Origin: an uncultured Bacteroidota bacterium
Lineage (GTDB): Bacteria; Bacteroidota; Bacteroidia; Bacteroidales; UBA12481
Length of the DNA stretch: 64,000 nucleotides
NCBI GenBank assembly: GCA_903851365.1
Contig: CAINOB010000020.1
Span: 106,986 to 170,985, forward strand
Direction of reading: 5' to 3'
In this document: piece after piece, positions 16,375 through 25,403 of the stretch
How positions within the stretch are numbered: position 1 is the first letter of the stretch
Layout of the letters: each line of letters begins with the position of its first letter
The notes under the pieces: generated by a model
Databases searched by the model: none
Told to the model about the DNA's origin: nothing
What the model saw: only the letters and a program-made list of their open reading frames with translations
Program-made: the position numbers and the translations under genes

Positions 16375-18807
16375 TTAATATATTTTGATATTAAGAACTA
16401 GCTCCTCCTTATGTTTATGGCTGTAAGTAAACACAATACGTCCATTTATCCGTTCTATTTTAATGTTTTCGCCCCCTATGGTGGCAGAAATGACCTGATT
16501 CGCTTTCTGGCCTTCCAGAACCGCCTCACCTGGCAAGTCACGATCACCAACCAAGACAAGCTGAAGTTGTCCATCCGCATGCTGAACACTGAGGATATCC
16601 GAAGTGGAGTGAAGAATTTTAATTCCGGATGATATCTCCAAACATATCGGAGTCAATACCCCATACAATGATGGCCAGAGCATCTCATCCCCATTGTATG
16701 GAATTGTTATCTTTTGGCCGTTACCGGGATGTGTATAGCTGATTTTCCCTGTCTGTTCCTCGTTATAATAGTTTCCGATAAAAAGCATGGCTGAACTATT
16801 ATCCGTAAAACGTTCCCGAACTGCAAGGTTGACATTATTCGAATCAGTTTGCCGGAGCTTTGCACCTGATTTTTCCAGAAACGCCTCATAAACTGGCTTA
16901 TGACCTTCAGTGTCAAATCCGATCCATGTACCTAAATGAATAGCTGTTCCCTTTCCTAGGGGTTTTGAAAATCCGCACACCGTGCCATTGATTGTGCGTG
17001 CTATTATTTCGGCGCCAGAAAGTGATTCCTCGGAATAGCTGATCAGGGGGTTAGCACATTTGATATCCTTAAGATCATAAACATCAATCAGCGGAGAGTT
17101 TATAATCTCTATACCGGAAGGTTCAATAGCGATGGCCTGACGAATTATCGAGCACGGGTTCTGCGACATTTCCCGGTCAGGGAGACAGGGAAAGATAACC
17201 AGGTTACCGCCTTCATGTGTATAATCCACCAGAATCTGCTGGTCGCGGGCATTCATCTCATCAGTACTGAAGGCCCAAACCTGCTTATACCCGCTTAATT
17301 GTTGAGCGGATGTTTGGCAGAGGTCTGCCATATCATAATCGATATTCAGCACCTGGAGAACTTTCAGTAACCCGTCAAAATAAGCCGGTCGCCGGATAGA
17401 CGAAGCATTAAAAAGAAGCTGACTTGCACCGTTTTCTGGCCTTTCCAGCTCGGTGGAGTAATATGGAGGGTAGAAAAGCACGCAAACTTCTGATTTTCGC
17501 TTGGCGTTTACAATCAGGCTTTCACTGGTATTAATCAACCTGCTCATATGCTTGACCAATGGGAAGGCGCTGGTTCGTTCACCTTCGGGCGTCAGTGGGT
17601 TGAACCAATAAAAAGTTTCGCCGGAATAGCCCCTGTGCCTGGGGTTACGGCCCTGCGAAAACATATAATGATTCCAGCCGGTGAGACCATTGGCTACACT
17701 GGCTTTGTAAAAAAGTTCCATTTCCCGGGGATTGGTTACCACATGATATTCACGCGAACCATTCTGGAACTCAGCTGCAAACAGTGGTTTATTGCCCTGC
17801 ATCGCCATCGTTATGTCATTGATTATCCTGTCGTCATGCATGTTTCGATACGACAGGTATTCCGGGATATGATCCACGCCAAAGAGGATCTCACTCTTAT
17901 CACCGAACAAATCGTCATACATGGTGATGTTGACAGGAAACTCATAACCGCTTCCGTAAATCCATCCGGGAAGATTATGATACAACGGCACCGATACGCC
18001 TTTGGCCCTCGCCATGGCAGTAAGCATTTTCAGATAATCGCCATAGTAAGTCCTCCAGAAGCAGTGCCATTCATAATCACGGCCACGATCGCCTTTTGAA
18101 AGGTATGGTAACCTACCGTCTGGCGGAAGTTCTATCTGACTAAAATTATGGAATTCGGTCCCCCAAAGTCCATTAATTTCTTCGATGGAGGAAAATCTTA
18201 TTTGCAGGTAAAATATAAATCGATTTTTCACCTCTTCATTATAATCAGCCTGATGGGCAAGCCATGAAAACACACCTATCTCATTGCAGATTTGCATCAT
18301 GATGATGGGTCCGCCGACTGTTATTTCGCGCTGACCAATAAATGGCATAACCTGATCGTACCACAACCCTACATATTTGAGGTAGTTTTCATTAAACAGG
18401 CTGACACCGTCGCTGGCCACTGTAACACCTGCACTGTTGTGCATCCTGACTTCGTCACCAAATTCCTCAAGGAACCAATCGGGCAGCCCTGCGCCCCTGG
18501 TTTCTGCCAGAATAAAAGGTCCGGGTTTAACGATGCAATTTAATCCGTGAGCCTGGCAAAGTTGCAGCCAGCCATTAAGATCACGTTCAGGGCAGGTGGT
18601 GCCATCGAAGTCGAAAACACCTTTAGATGATTCGTGCCATGCCCATGGAACATAGGAACTTATGGTAGTCAAACCAGCATCTTTTGCTGCTTCTAGATGT
18701 TTATCCCACAATCCACGCTTAATCCTGAAATAATGGATCTCTCCCGAATTTAGAAAAACCTTTTTCCCATTCAGGCAGAAGTTACCTTCACTAATATTAA
18801 AGGTCAT
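16375..18807 (-). CDS. GH35-family protein (beta-galactosidase fold), cytoplasmic; candidate beta-1,2-glucoside-active enzyme
   Basis: GEIHYFRI, SSYVPWAWHE, GGPIIMMQICNEIG (acid/base NE), PLFAAEFQNG (nucleophile E). No signal peptide. It overlaps the upstream transporter gene by 11 nt. Confidence 0.75.
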   Translation of the reverse strand: MTFNISEGNFCLNGKKVFLNSGEIHYFRIKRGLWDKHLEAAKDAGLTTISSYVPWAWHESSKGVFDFDGTTCPERDLNGWLQLCQAHGLNCIVKPGPFILAETRGAGLPDWFLEEFGDEVRMHNSAGVTVASDGVSLFNENYLKYVGLWYDQVMPFIGQREITVGGPIIMMQICNEIGVFSWLAHQADYNEEVKNRFIFYLQIRFSSIEEINGLWGTEFHNFSQIELPPDGRLPYLSKGDRGRDYEWHCFWRTYYGDYLKMLTAMARAKGVSVPLYHNLPGWIYGSGYEFPVNITMYDDLFGDKSEILFGVDHIPEYLSYRNMHDDRIINDITMAMQGNKPLFAAEFQNGSREYHVVTNPREMELFYKASVANGLTGWNHYMFSQGRNPRHRGYSGETFYWFNPLTPEGERTSAFPLVKHMSRLINTSESLIVNAKRKSEVCVLFYPPYYSTELERPENGASQLLFNASSIRRPAYFDGLLKVLQVLNIDYDMADLCQTSAQQLSGYKQVWAFSTDEMNARDQQILVDYTHEGGNLVIFPCLPDREMSQNPCSIIRQAIAIEPSGIEIINSPLIDVYDLKDIKCANPLISYSEESLSGAEIIARTINGTVCGFSKPLGKGTAIHLGTWIGFDTEGHKPVYEAFLEKSGAKLRQTDSNNVNLAVRERFTDNSSAMLFIGNYYNEEQTGKISYTHPGNGQKITIPYNGDEMLWPSLYGVLTPICLEISSGIKILHSTSDILSVQHADGQLQLVLVGDRDLPGEAVLEGQKANQVISATIGGENIKIERINGRIVFTYSHKHKEELVLNIKIY

Positions 18808-20866
18808 TCTGATTGTTTGTTGATTTCGAATTTCTTGCCATTATTAGCTCCTTAATCTCGCGCGACCGTTTTTCAGTCAGCGTATAACGAAGAAGAAAGA
18901 ATATTGAAAATAGGCTCAGTAAAATCGGCAATCCGATTTCAACAACCCGCATCATCAATAATGTATAAGGAGTTTGCTTCGTCAACGGCGCGATTTTGCC
19001 TTCAATGGAAGCCAGTTCAGTATTGAGGACATCCGGTGACAACGAAGTATTCATAACCGAAATTCGATTATTTATCCCGGTTATATTTTTAATAATCACC
19101 TGATAATGTTCCTTACTATTGCTGTTTCTAGCAGATCTTGCTTCGAGATGTGACATAAGCTCGAAGGAATGCATTTTAGCCTTTTCAAACTTTGTTTGTA
19201 GAGCAAGGATCATTGCTGATTTCATCAGGGAATCTATTGCAGAATTCGTGATTCCAAACCTTCCAGGATCAGCCGGTGAAAGAAGTTGCGCCAGTCGGGT
19301 AACTGTAGCATTTGTGGTTGCCTTCGCGTTAAGCAGCATGGTTTTCCTCAGGGAGGGATATTCCGGAAGATAATTATGATCTTCATCCTGATCCTTCAAA
19401 GACTCCTTGTCAAGATATTTAAGGTAATCTTTTGATTCCTGCAAAGCCTTATTGCCTTGTGTTTTTATACAAGTTATCCATTCTGAATTTGCCGTACTGA
19501 AACCCTTGTTCTCTTGCCAGTACTTAACTTCAGCACGCATCTCCCTGATATCACCCTGGATGCTGTCAACTTTTGTGACCTGAGTTTGGTCAAACATGGT
19601 TAACACAATCAGCGCACCTGCAACGAAGCTGGCCAATGCTGTTCCCATCTTGATAAACCACCAGAAAATGGAGTAGAAACTTCCCTCAGCACGATAACCT
19701 GTTTTTAGTTCCTCTTCATCGCAAATATCTCCGACCATGGAGGATCCAAGGGTAAAGAAAAACAACATACCAGCCGAAAGCAGCATTGTGGGTATGATAA
19801 TCAGGTAAGGATGAAGTGGATTATAGCATATGATTTTTGAAAGTTGTGCTGTAACCATCAATAATATGGCAATGGTGAGGGTTTTGCGCTTGCCGAGTTT
19901 CGGACTGATCCAGTTTAGAGGAAAAACAGCCAGCAAGCCAGTGACAGCCCATACTGAACCGTTGATTCCAAGTAATCTCGCCCCGGCAACTTTATCCCCT
20001 CCAAAGACATAGAAAATCGGAATATAGGAACCCAGCAACTGCACAAAATTGAAGCCCATGGCCAGGGTAAAAATAGTGAGCGTCAGCATGACAAAATTCT
20101 TGTTTGTTGCAGTACGCTTCATATCTTGCCAGAAAGGGGTCTTTTCATGGGTTGCGGCTTTTGCAAATCCTGGTTCGCGCAATTTCAGAGTCCACCAGAA
20201 AGAGAGTGGGATAATGATGGCGGCAATCATTATTGAGACATAGCGCATTCCATCAGCCTCATTTCCCCCTGGACCCTTGAAAACCTCCATATTGGCAAGG
20301 GCAAAAAGCCAGGGCGTGCTCATAGCAAAGAGATTTCCAACAAAACTCTTGGCACTGAATAAACGGGTTCGTTCGTGGGAGTCAGAAGTCATCTCCATAC
20401 CAAGGGCACCGTGAGGGATCTCAAAAATATTTACGGCGGTGAAAAACAAAAGCAGGGTTACCAAAATATAAGAAAGCTGAAACCACTGGTAACCAGAATC
20501 AGAGGGGAACCAGGTACGCACCATGTCTCCCTTCGGTATCCACCACATGACTACAAACATTATTGCTACCAGCAAACCGCCCAGCAAAAGGAATGGGCGC
20601 CGGCGTCCCCAACGTGACCTGGTATTATCTGACAAATGCCCGATAATCGGGTCCGAAAGCGCATCCCATAACCGGGGAACTATCATGATTGCTCCCAACC
20701 AGAATGCACTCAAACCCAAACTTATATTTCCCATCAAGCCCACTAATATCCCTGCAACATTAAACAACGCGATAGGAATAATTCCCCCGGCACCATATGC
20801 TGCCAACTGCGAAATCCGCACCTTATCCTCGGTTTTGATGTGGTGAACGTCGCTTTGTTCTTTCAT
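18797..20866 (-). CDS. GPH-family (MelB/glycoside-pentoside-hexuronide) MFS transporter with a ~210-aa insertion before the last TM helix
   Basis: GPH motif WDALSDPIIGHLSDNTRSRWGRRRPF. About 11 helices up to residue ~424. A polar helical segment covers 425-635. The final helix is VVEIGLPILLSLFSIFFLLRY, followed by the typical LTEKRSREIKELI tail. Confidence 0.8.
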   Translation of the reverse strand: MKEQSDVHHIKTEDKVRISQLAAYGAGGIIPIALFNVAGILVGLMGNISLGLSAFWLGAIMIVPRLWDALSDPIIGHLSDNTRSRWGRRRPFLLLGGLLVAIMFVVMWWIPKGDMVRTWFPSDSGYQWFQLSYILVTLLLFFTAVNIFEIPHGALGMEMTSDSHERTRLFSAKSFVGNLFAMSTPWLFALANMEVFKGPGGNEADGMRYVSIMIAAIIIPLSFWWTLKLREPGFAKAATHEKTPFWQDMKRTATNKNFVMLTLTIFTLAMGFNFVQLLGSYIPIFYVFGGDKVAGARLLGINGSVWAVTGLLAVFPLNWISPKLGKRKTLTIAILLMVTAQLSKIICYNPLHPYLIIIPTMLLSAGMLFFFTLGSSMVGDICDEEELKTGYRAEGSFYSIFWWFIKMGTALASFVAGALIVLTMFDQTQVTKVDSIQGDIREMRAEVKYWQENKGFSTANSEWITCIKTQGNKALQESKDYLKYLDKESLKDQDEDHNYLPEYPSLRKTMLLNAKATTNATVTRLAQLLSPADPGRFGITNSAIDSLMKSAMILALQTKFEKAKMHSFELMSHLEARSARNSNSKEHYQVIIKNITGINNRISVMNTSLSPDVLNTELASIEGKIAPLTKQTPYTLLMMRVVEIGLPILLSLFSIFFLLRYTLTEKRSREIKELIMARNSKSTNNQNDL

Positions 20867-20889
20867 AAAAGTGTCAGATTTGTAAACAA

Positions 20890-22257
20890 TTAATAGGATA
20901 TCACAACTTTTGCGGGAATTATTGAAACAGCGATTTCATTTTTGGTAAAGTCCTTACTCTCGATACCGTTAACGGTCACTTTGACCGGAAGCTTTGACCC
21001 ATTGAAATTCTTGATTTTTATGCCGTTGGCCGGGAGCTTCGCTTTGCCTGTAATTGAGAAGAGATATTTATTATTGTCTTTTTTTATTGAGTAGGATATT
21101 TCTCCATAGTAGGTCGGAAGGTTTTCAACCGACATCCCCAGTGGGGTATCGATCCAATCCTGATAAAGCGCCGAAGCCAGGACCAGGGATTGATCATATT
21201 CATTTTCATAAATAAACATCGTACGGATGGCGTTGATAAAATCGCTGCCAACCCAGGTATGCGGCATATCTCCAATATAGCGTGGTGTACGCATATCCTT
21301 CCACACAACTTCGGCCCAGTGGTTCCAGCCTTGAGGACGCTGATCGTTGAGAAAAAACTCGATTAGTTCATGCGCTCTTTCCGGCTGATCAAGAATAATA
21401 AAAGAGCCGATCAAACGATTTTCATATGGCGTATAATTAACCCAGTCGAGCTTCCCGTCTCTCCGGTTTTTGAAAAATTCAAAATATTTATCGAAGGTAT
21501 TATAAACCTGTGGTTTCGGTAAATTATTCAGTTCGTTGCAGGGTGTTAAAGCGATCGTAGTTGAGGTTGCATCAAAATCTCCAAGTTCAACGCATCCAGG
21601 CAAGTAATTGATCTTCCGGGTTTTCATAGCCTGTTGCAGTGAGCTGTATAAATTCTCCTTAAAGGTATCCCTGATCTTTCTGATTCTTTCGTAAGATTCC
21701 TTTTCACCAAGAATTTTCTGAATCTCTGCTGCATCCTTGAGGCCTTTCATCACAAAAAAATCATCCCAATAAGAGTGCATTGGTTTTGCCGAATAACCTT
21801 CGTGACTGATCGATTCAGGAACCAACCCATAATAAGCCCGCACACTGTCGTTGCCGAATTTAAAGTGATCTGTCGACCGCTGGTTGATCAAAGATTCGAT
21901 ATACTCAACAGTTTTCAGAACATTTATATTTTTTGACCGGAGAAAAACCGTATCCTTTGTGAAATTGAAATATTCCCTTATCAGATATATCATTTCGCCA
22001 TGACTGTCATTTTCAGGAACCGGGTCAGGACCCCTGAAATCCACAACGCAGGGAACTTTTCCGTTCTCGTACTGATGATCGGTGTACCAATTAATAAAAT
22101 CCTTCACTTCAGGAACGATCCCGGATTTAAGAAGAGCTGAAGAAGTGAGTGCTCCGTCGCGGATCCAGCTTCTTTCATACGATCTTGACCCAGGCTGAAT
22201 GCCGGCTTTATCCCTGTTGATCAGTATATATGTAAGATTTGACCGGTAGGTATTAAT
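20890..22257 (-). CDS. C-terminal (alpha/alpha)6-barrel glycosidase-like part of a split gene. The frame is open from 22257; the ORF track starts at GTG 22107.
   Basis: The frame upstream of the listed ORF reads INTYRSNLTYILINRDKAGIQPGSRSYERSWIRDGALTSSALLKSGIVPEV, continuing into KDFINWYTDHQ. The SY.RSWIRDGA motif is typical of GH15-like six-hairpin enzymes. There is no start codon or signal peptide of its own. Confidence 0.6.
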   Translation of the reverse strand: MNTYRSNLTYILINRDKAGIQPGSRSYERSWIRDGALTSSALLKSGIVPEVKDFINWYTDHQYENGKVPCVVDFRGPDPVPENDSHGEMIYLIREYFNFTKDTVFLRSKNINVLKTVEYIESLINQRSTDHFKFGNDSVRAYYGLVPESISHEGYSAKPMHSYWDDFFVMKGLKDAAEIQKILGEKESYERIRKIRDTFKENLYSSLQQAMKTRKINYLPGCVELGDFDATSTTIALTPCNELNNLPKPQVYNTFDKYFEFFKNRRDGKLDWVNYTPYENRLIGSFIILDQPERAHELIEFFLNDQRPQGWNHWAEVVWKDMRTPRYIGDMPHTWVGSDFINAIRTMFIYENEYDQSLVLASALYQDWIDTPLGMSVENLPTYYGEISYSIKKDNNKYLFSITGKAKLPANGIKIKNFNGSKLPVKVTVNGIESKDFTKNEIAVSIIPAKVVISY

Positions 22258-23974
22258 TTATACGATCAGCCGAAGCCGGAAGATCAAACCTAATATGCCC
22301 GACTTTTGTTTTCCAGAACTCACTGGATGTTTTCTCCTCGACTGGTTTCTTTCCATAGAAAGGCACCACAACGTAAAATCCTGATTTTGCACCAGGTTCA
22401 AGGTGTATAGTATATTTTATCACCCCATTGGCAAGTCCGTCGGGATCATTGGCAGATTTAGCCTGAGGAATGCTTCCGTTTCTCAAACTTTCTGCCAGAT
22501 TCCCTTCATCGAAGGCCGCTGCACCAAATGCATCATATTTTCGCTGAGACAGCACCACTTTATCGTCAACAACTAAGCCATCGCGCTCCTCCCTGATCGA
22601 AAATATTTTACCCACTCCCCCGGTAAGATTTAAAAACTGATAATAGGGGTTAACCTGGTATGGTCGAATGAGGAGAAAAAGGTCGAAATTCTTGGGCTTT
22701 AATGAGTTATTCTCGAATGCATAATGAATATTGAGCACTGAGCTTTTGTTAGCCTCCCCTGTGGCAGTTATACCTGTACTAAACTTTAGGCCACTGCATT
22801 TCCAGGTTACTGTAGGAACAAAGTCTAAATCATGTTTGTTGTCAGAAGATCCAAGCGTCTGTGCAGATTGCACATTACTCCAGTTAAAAAGCGAATCACC
22901 GACTTTGATCATCGGCTCGATTGAGAATAAAGCTTTGTCCACCTCAACCATACCGTCCTCGTTGATCAGCGCTTCTTTAATGTCGTTATTAACACCCGTA
23001 ATGGTCCAGAATGAAGCTTGCTCCCTGAAATACCTGGGGTAATCACCTGACGTTGAATTTTTAGCTGTATAAATAAGAAAATCATTCGGAGTCAATGAGC
23101 TTTTAACATCCAGAAATTCAATTCCAGCTATTGAGGATCCCTTGTCGGAATGGCTTTTCACGATATTAATCCTAAGATACCTGGCCTCAGCGTCGGGAAG
23201 CCTGATGAAACTCACATTTGCCTGATTCGAAAGTACAGTATAAACTTTTTCCCATTGCTTGCCATCCTCCGAAGTCTGGATATCAAAGCTATTGGCAAAT
23301 TGTTCTTTTTGCCAGTTGATTTGTAATCCGCCGAACTCCCTCCGGGTTTTAAAATCGACAAGGATACTGTTTGACGTGGGTGTTGTAATGATGGGATCAG
23401 GATAGGACTGAACTTCAGGCGGCAGCTTTTCAAATTTCAGGTCATCCAACCACAGCGTACCTTTTCCGCCAACAAACGATGCTATCGTAAACTCAATCCT
23501 GTCGATGCGTTTCAGTTTTTGATCCTGTGTGGGTCCCCAGGCAAAGTTGATATGCCTTTTCCTGATCCTGATTTTTTTCCATTCTTTTGGAAAATTATAA
23601 TTCCGGTTATTCACCCACCACACATTATTTCCGGTGCTGTCGATAAACTTGATTTCAAAATTGTTTGAAGGAGATTCTGCCTTTACATAAAAAGTAAATT
23701 CATAATTGTCAGGAAGATCAATGGGAAACAGCTTCTGAATTCCACCATAACCAGTTCCCTTTGTGAAATCGTAATCAAATCGGATCGCATTGCCTGTCAA
23801 TCCCTTCTCATTTGTGAGGGCGAGGTTTACTCCGTCTGATTTTATAAAGCTCCAACCGACTTTGTTTTCAAAACCATCAAGGTTAACAATTTGTGCATGG
23901 AGCATGTTAGTTGTGAAACCCAGCAGGATAACCAGAGCATACCTCCGGATAAAAAGGAATCCCTTCATAACCAT
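22253..23974 (-). CDS. N-terminal part of the same split gene: signal peptide, CBM-like beta-sandwich, F5/8 type C (discoidin) domain and beta-sandwich linker
   Basis: Signal peptide MVMKGFLFIRRYALVILLGFTTNMLHAQ. Discoidin-like segment FDIQTSEDGKQWEKVY...ARYLRINIV. It ends ...ADRIN-TAA at 22253-22255, exactly where the other frame opens. Confidence 0.6.
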   Translation of the reverse strand: MVMKGFLFIRRYALVILLGFTTNMLHAQIVNLDGFENKVGWSFIKSDGVNLALTNEKGLTGNAIRFDYDFTKGTGYGGIQKLFPIDLPDNYEFTFYVKAESPSNNFEIKFIDSTGNNVWWVNNRNYNFPKEWKKIRIRKRHINFAWGPTQDQKLKRIDRIEFTIASFVGGKGTLWLDDLKFEKLPPEVQSYPDPIITTPTSNSILVDFKTRREFGGLQINWQKEQFANSFDIQTSEDGKQWEKVYTVLSNQANVSFIRLPDAEARYLRINIVKSHSDKGSSIAGIEFLDVKSSLTPNDFLIYTAKNSTSGDYPRYFREQASFWTITGVNNDIKEALINEDGMVEVDKALFSIEPMIKVGDSLFNWSNVQSAQTLGSSDNKHDLDFVPTVTWKCSGLKFSTGITATGEANKSSVLNIHYAFENNSLKPKNFDLFLLIRPYQVNPYYQFLNLTGGVGKIFSIREERDGLVVDDKVVLSQRKYDAFGAAAFDEGNLAESLRNGSIPQAKSANDPDGLANGVIKYTIHLEPGAKSGFYVVVPFYGKKPVEEKTSSEFWKTKVGHIRFDLPASADRIN

Positions 23975-23975
23975 T

Positions 23976-25373
23976 CTACTTTATATATTCGTAGCCAAGT
24001 TTATTCAGTCCCTTCTGTATAATCGGGTCCTTCATCACATAATTCCAAACCATTCCTGTTCTGAAATTTTCAATCATAATAAGCATTGGTCCTTCATCGA
24101 TTCCTAAAAAATCATCATCTATCCATTTTGCCGTAGGATTAAATGAGTCATAATAGCCATATTTTCCCCAAAGTTTCTGACCATATTTAATATTGATCGA
24201 CCGAATCGTCGGTAATACAATTTCAGGAGCGAAAGGCAAAGATGAAAGAGGTCCGTATGGAGCTATCGTTCCATCATCGAAATAATTATAATCAGGACCG
24301 CTGGTTCCACGGCCGGCATAGCCAAGAAACTTTTTATCATCAAAATTCAGTTTCTCGGATGGACCATCACTGGCAGTAACACCCCAACATAAAGAATCGT
24401 ATCCGATCCAGCCCTTTGGATTATCGCTGGCATAATGGCGCTGGACATAAGTGGCACGGCGTGAGTTTTCGAAGTAATCGATCCCCTTTTCCTTCATATA
24501 ACCATCAACCAAGCCCCTGTAATCAATAAAAGCCTGCGAAAACTGATGGCCAAACAAAGGCGGAAAAGCAACATGGGAAAGTCCTTTATAGGGTGTGTTC
24601 CATTGATAGGATTTTAGCCAGGCCTGATAACTTTGGACAGCATTTTGCATTCCACTTCCGGCTGCCAGAACATAGAGAAACAAAGCCTCATTATAGCCAG
24701 CCCAGCCGAATTTGTGTTGGCCGCTCTCCGGAGTCCAACCCATGGAAATGGTTTTGGCATCTTTACCAGTATCAGGCATTGTCATGAAATTCCAATCAAC
24801 CCTGCCTAATAAAAATGTTGCAAGCGAACGAATCTGCTTTTCAACCTCATTATCCAGATTATAATAGTTCCTGGCAAAGAGGACACCCATCATCAGAATA
24901 CCGGTATCGATGGATGAAAGTTCACAATTCCACTCGCGGGTTCCATTTTTCATTTCCAGAAAATGATAATAAAACCCCTTGTAGCCAGTTACCTTCTTAT
25001 CAGTGCTCTGAACTGAACCATTGAAAAACTTCAGAATGTTGAGCGTAATTTCAGCAGCCTTTTCACGGGTAATCCACTTTCTTTCGACACCAATGGCAAA
25101 TGAAGGGATTCCAAAACCTGTAGCTGCAATACTGGCTGGAGCTTGTTGGGTGGTGCGATCCTTGACAATCCCCCAATCCGGATGATGCTCTTTTAAAAAG
25201 AACTGAAAAGTCTTTTGCTGGATTGAATCAAGCATCGCCACTTCGTCTGGCGAGATTGGATAATTAACTTTACCGTGTGATTTAAAGACCGGATTCTGCG
25301 ACTGAACAATACCTGCCGTTGCGATAAAAACAGCAACTGATAATAAGGTCCTGAGTTTAAACAGATTTTTCAT
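23976..25373 (-). CDS. GH144-like (DUF3131/PF10091 'glucoamylase-like') protein, periplasmic; candidate endo-beta-1,2-glucanase
   Basis: Signal peptide. MLDSIQQKTFQFF, ASIAATGFGIPSFAIGVERKWITREKA, and C-terminal IDEGPMLIMIENFRTGMVWNYVM, which is typical of this family. Confidence 0.7.
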   Translation of the reverse strand: MKNLFKLRTLLSVAVFIATAGIVQSQNPVFKSHGKVNYPISPDEVAMLDSIQQKTFQFFLKEHHPDWGIVKDRTTQQAPASIAATGFGIPSFAIGVERKWITREKAAEITLNILKFFNGSVQSTDKKVTGYKGFYYHFLEMKNGTREWNCELSSIDTGILMMGVLFARNYYNLDNEVEKQIRSLATFLLGRVDWNFMTMPDTGKDAKTISMGWTPESGQHKFGWAGYNEALFLYVLAAGSGMQNAVQSYQAWLKSYQWNTPYKGLSHVAFPPLFGHQFSQAFIDYRGLVDGYMKEKGIDYFENSRRATYVQRHYASDNPKGWIGYDSLCWGVTASDGPSEKLNFDDKKFLGYAGRGTSGPDYNYFDDGTIAPYGPLSSLPFAPEIVLPTIRSINIKYGQKLWGKYGYYDSFNPTAKWIDDDFLGIDEGPMLIMIENFRTGMVWNYVMKDPIIQKGLNKLGYEYIK

Positions 25374-25403
25374 ATTAGTTTGTTATTGTTCCTGGCCTAT
25401 CTA

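Noticed and set aside
22250-22263. Programmed +1 ribosomal frameshift at the split discoidin/(alpha/alpha)6 gene.
   Set aside because: The site (AUA AAU UAA U) has no recognisable slippery codon that re-pairs in the +1 frame. I saw no upstream SD-like stimulator or downstream structure. A simple indel (mutation or sequencing error) is the more economical explanation.
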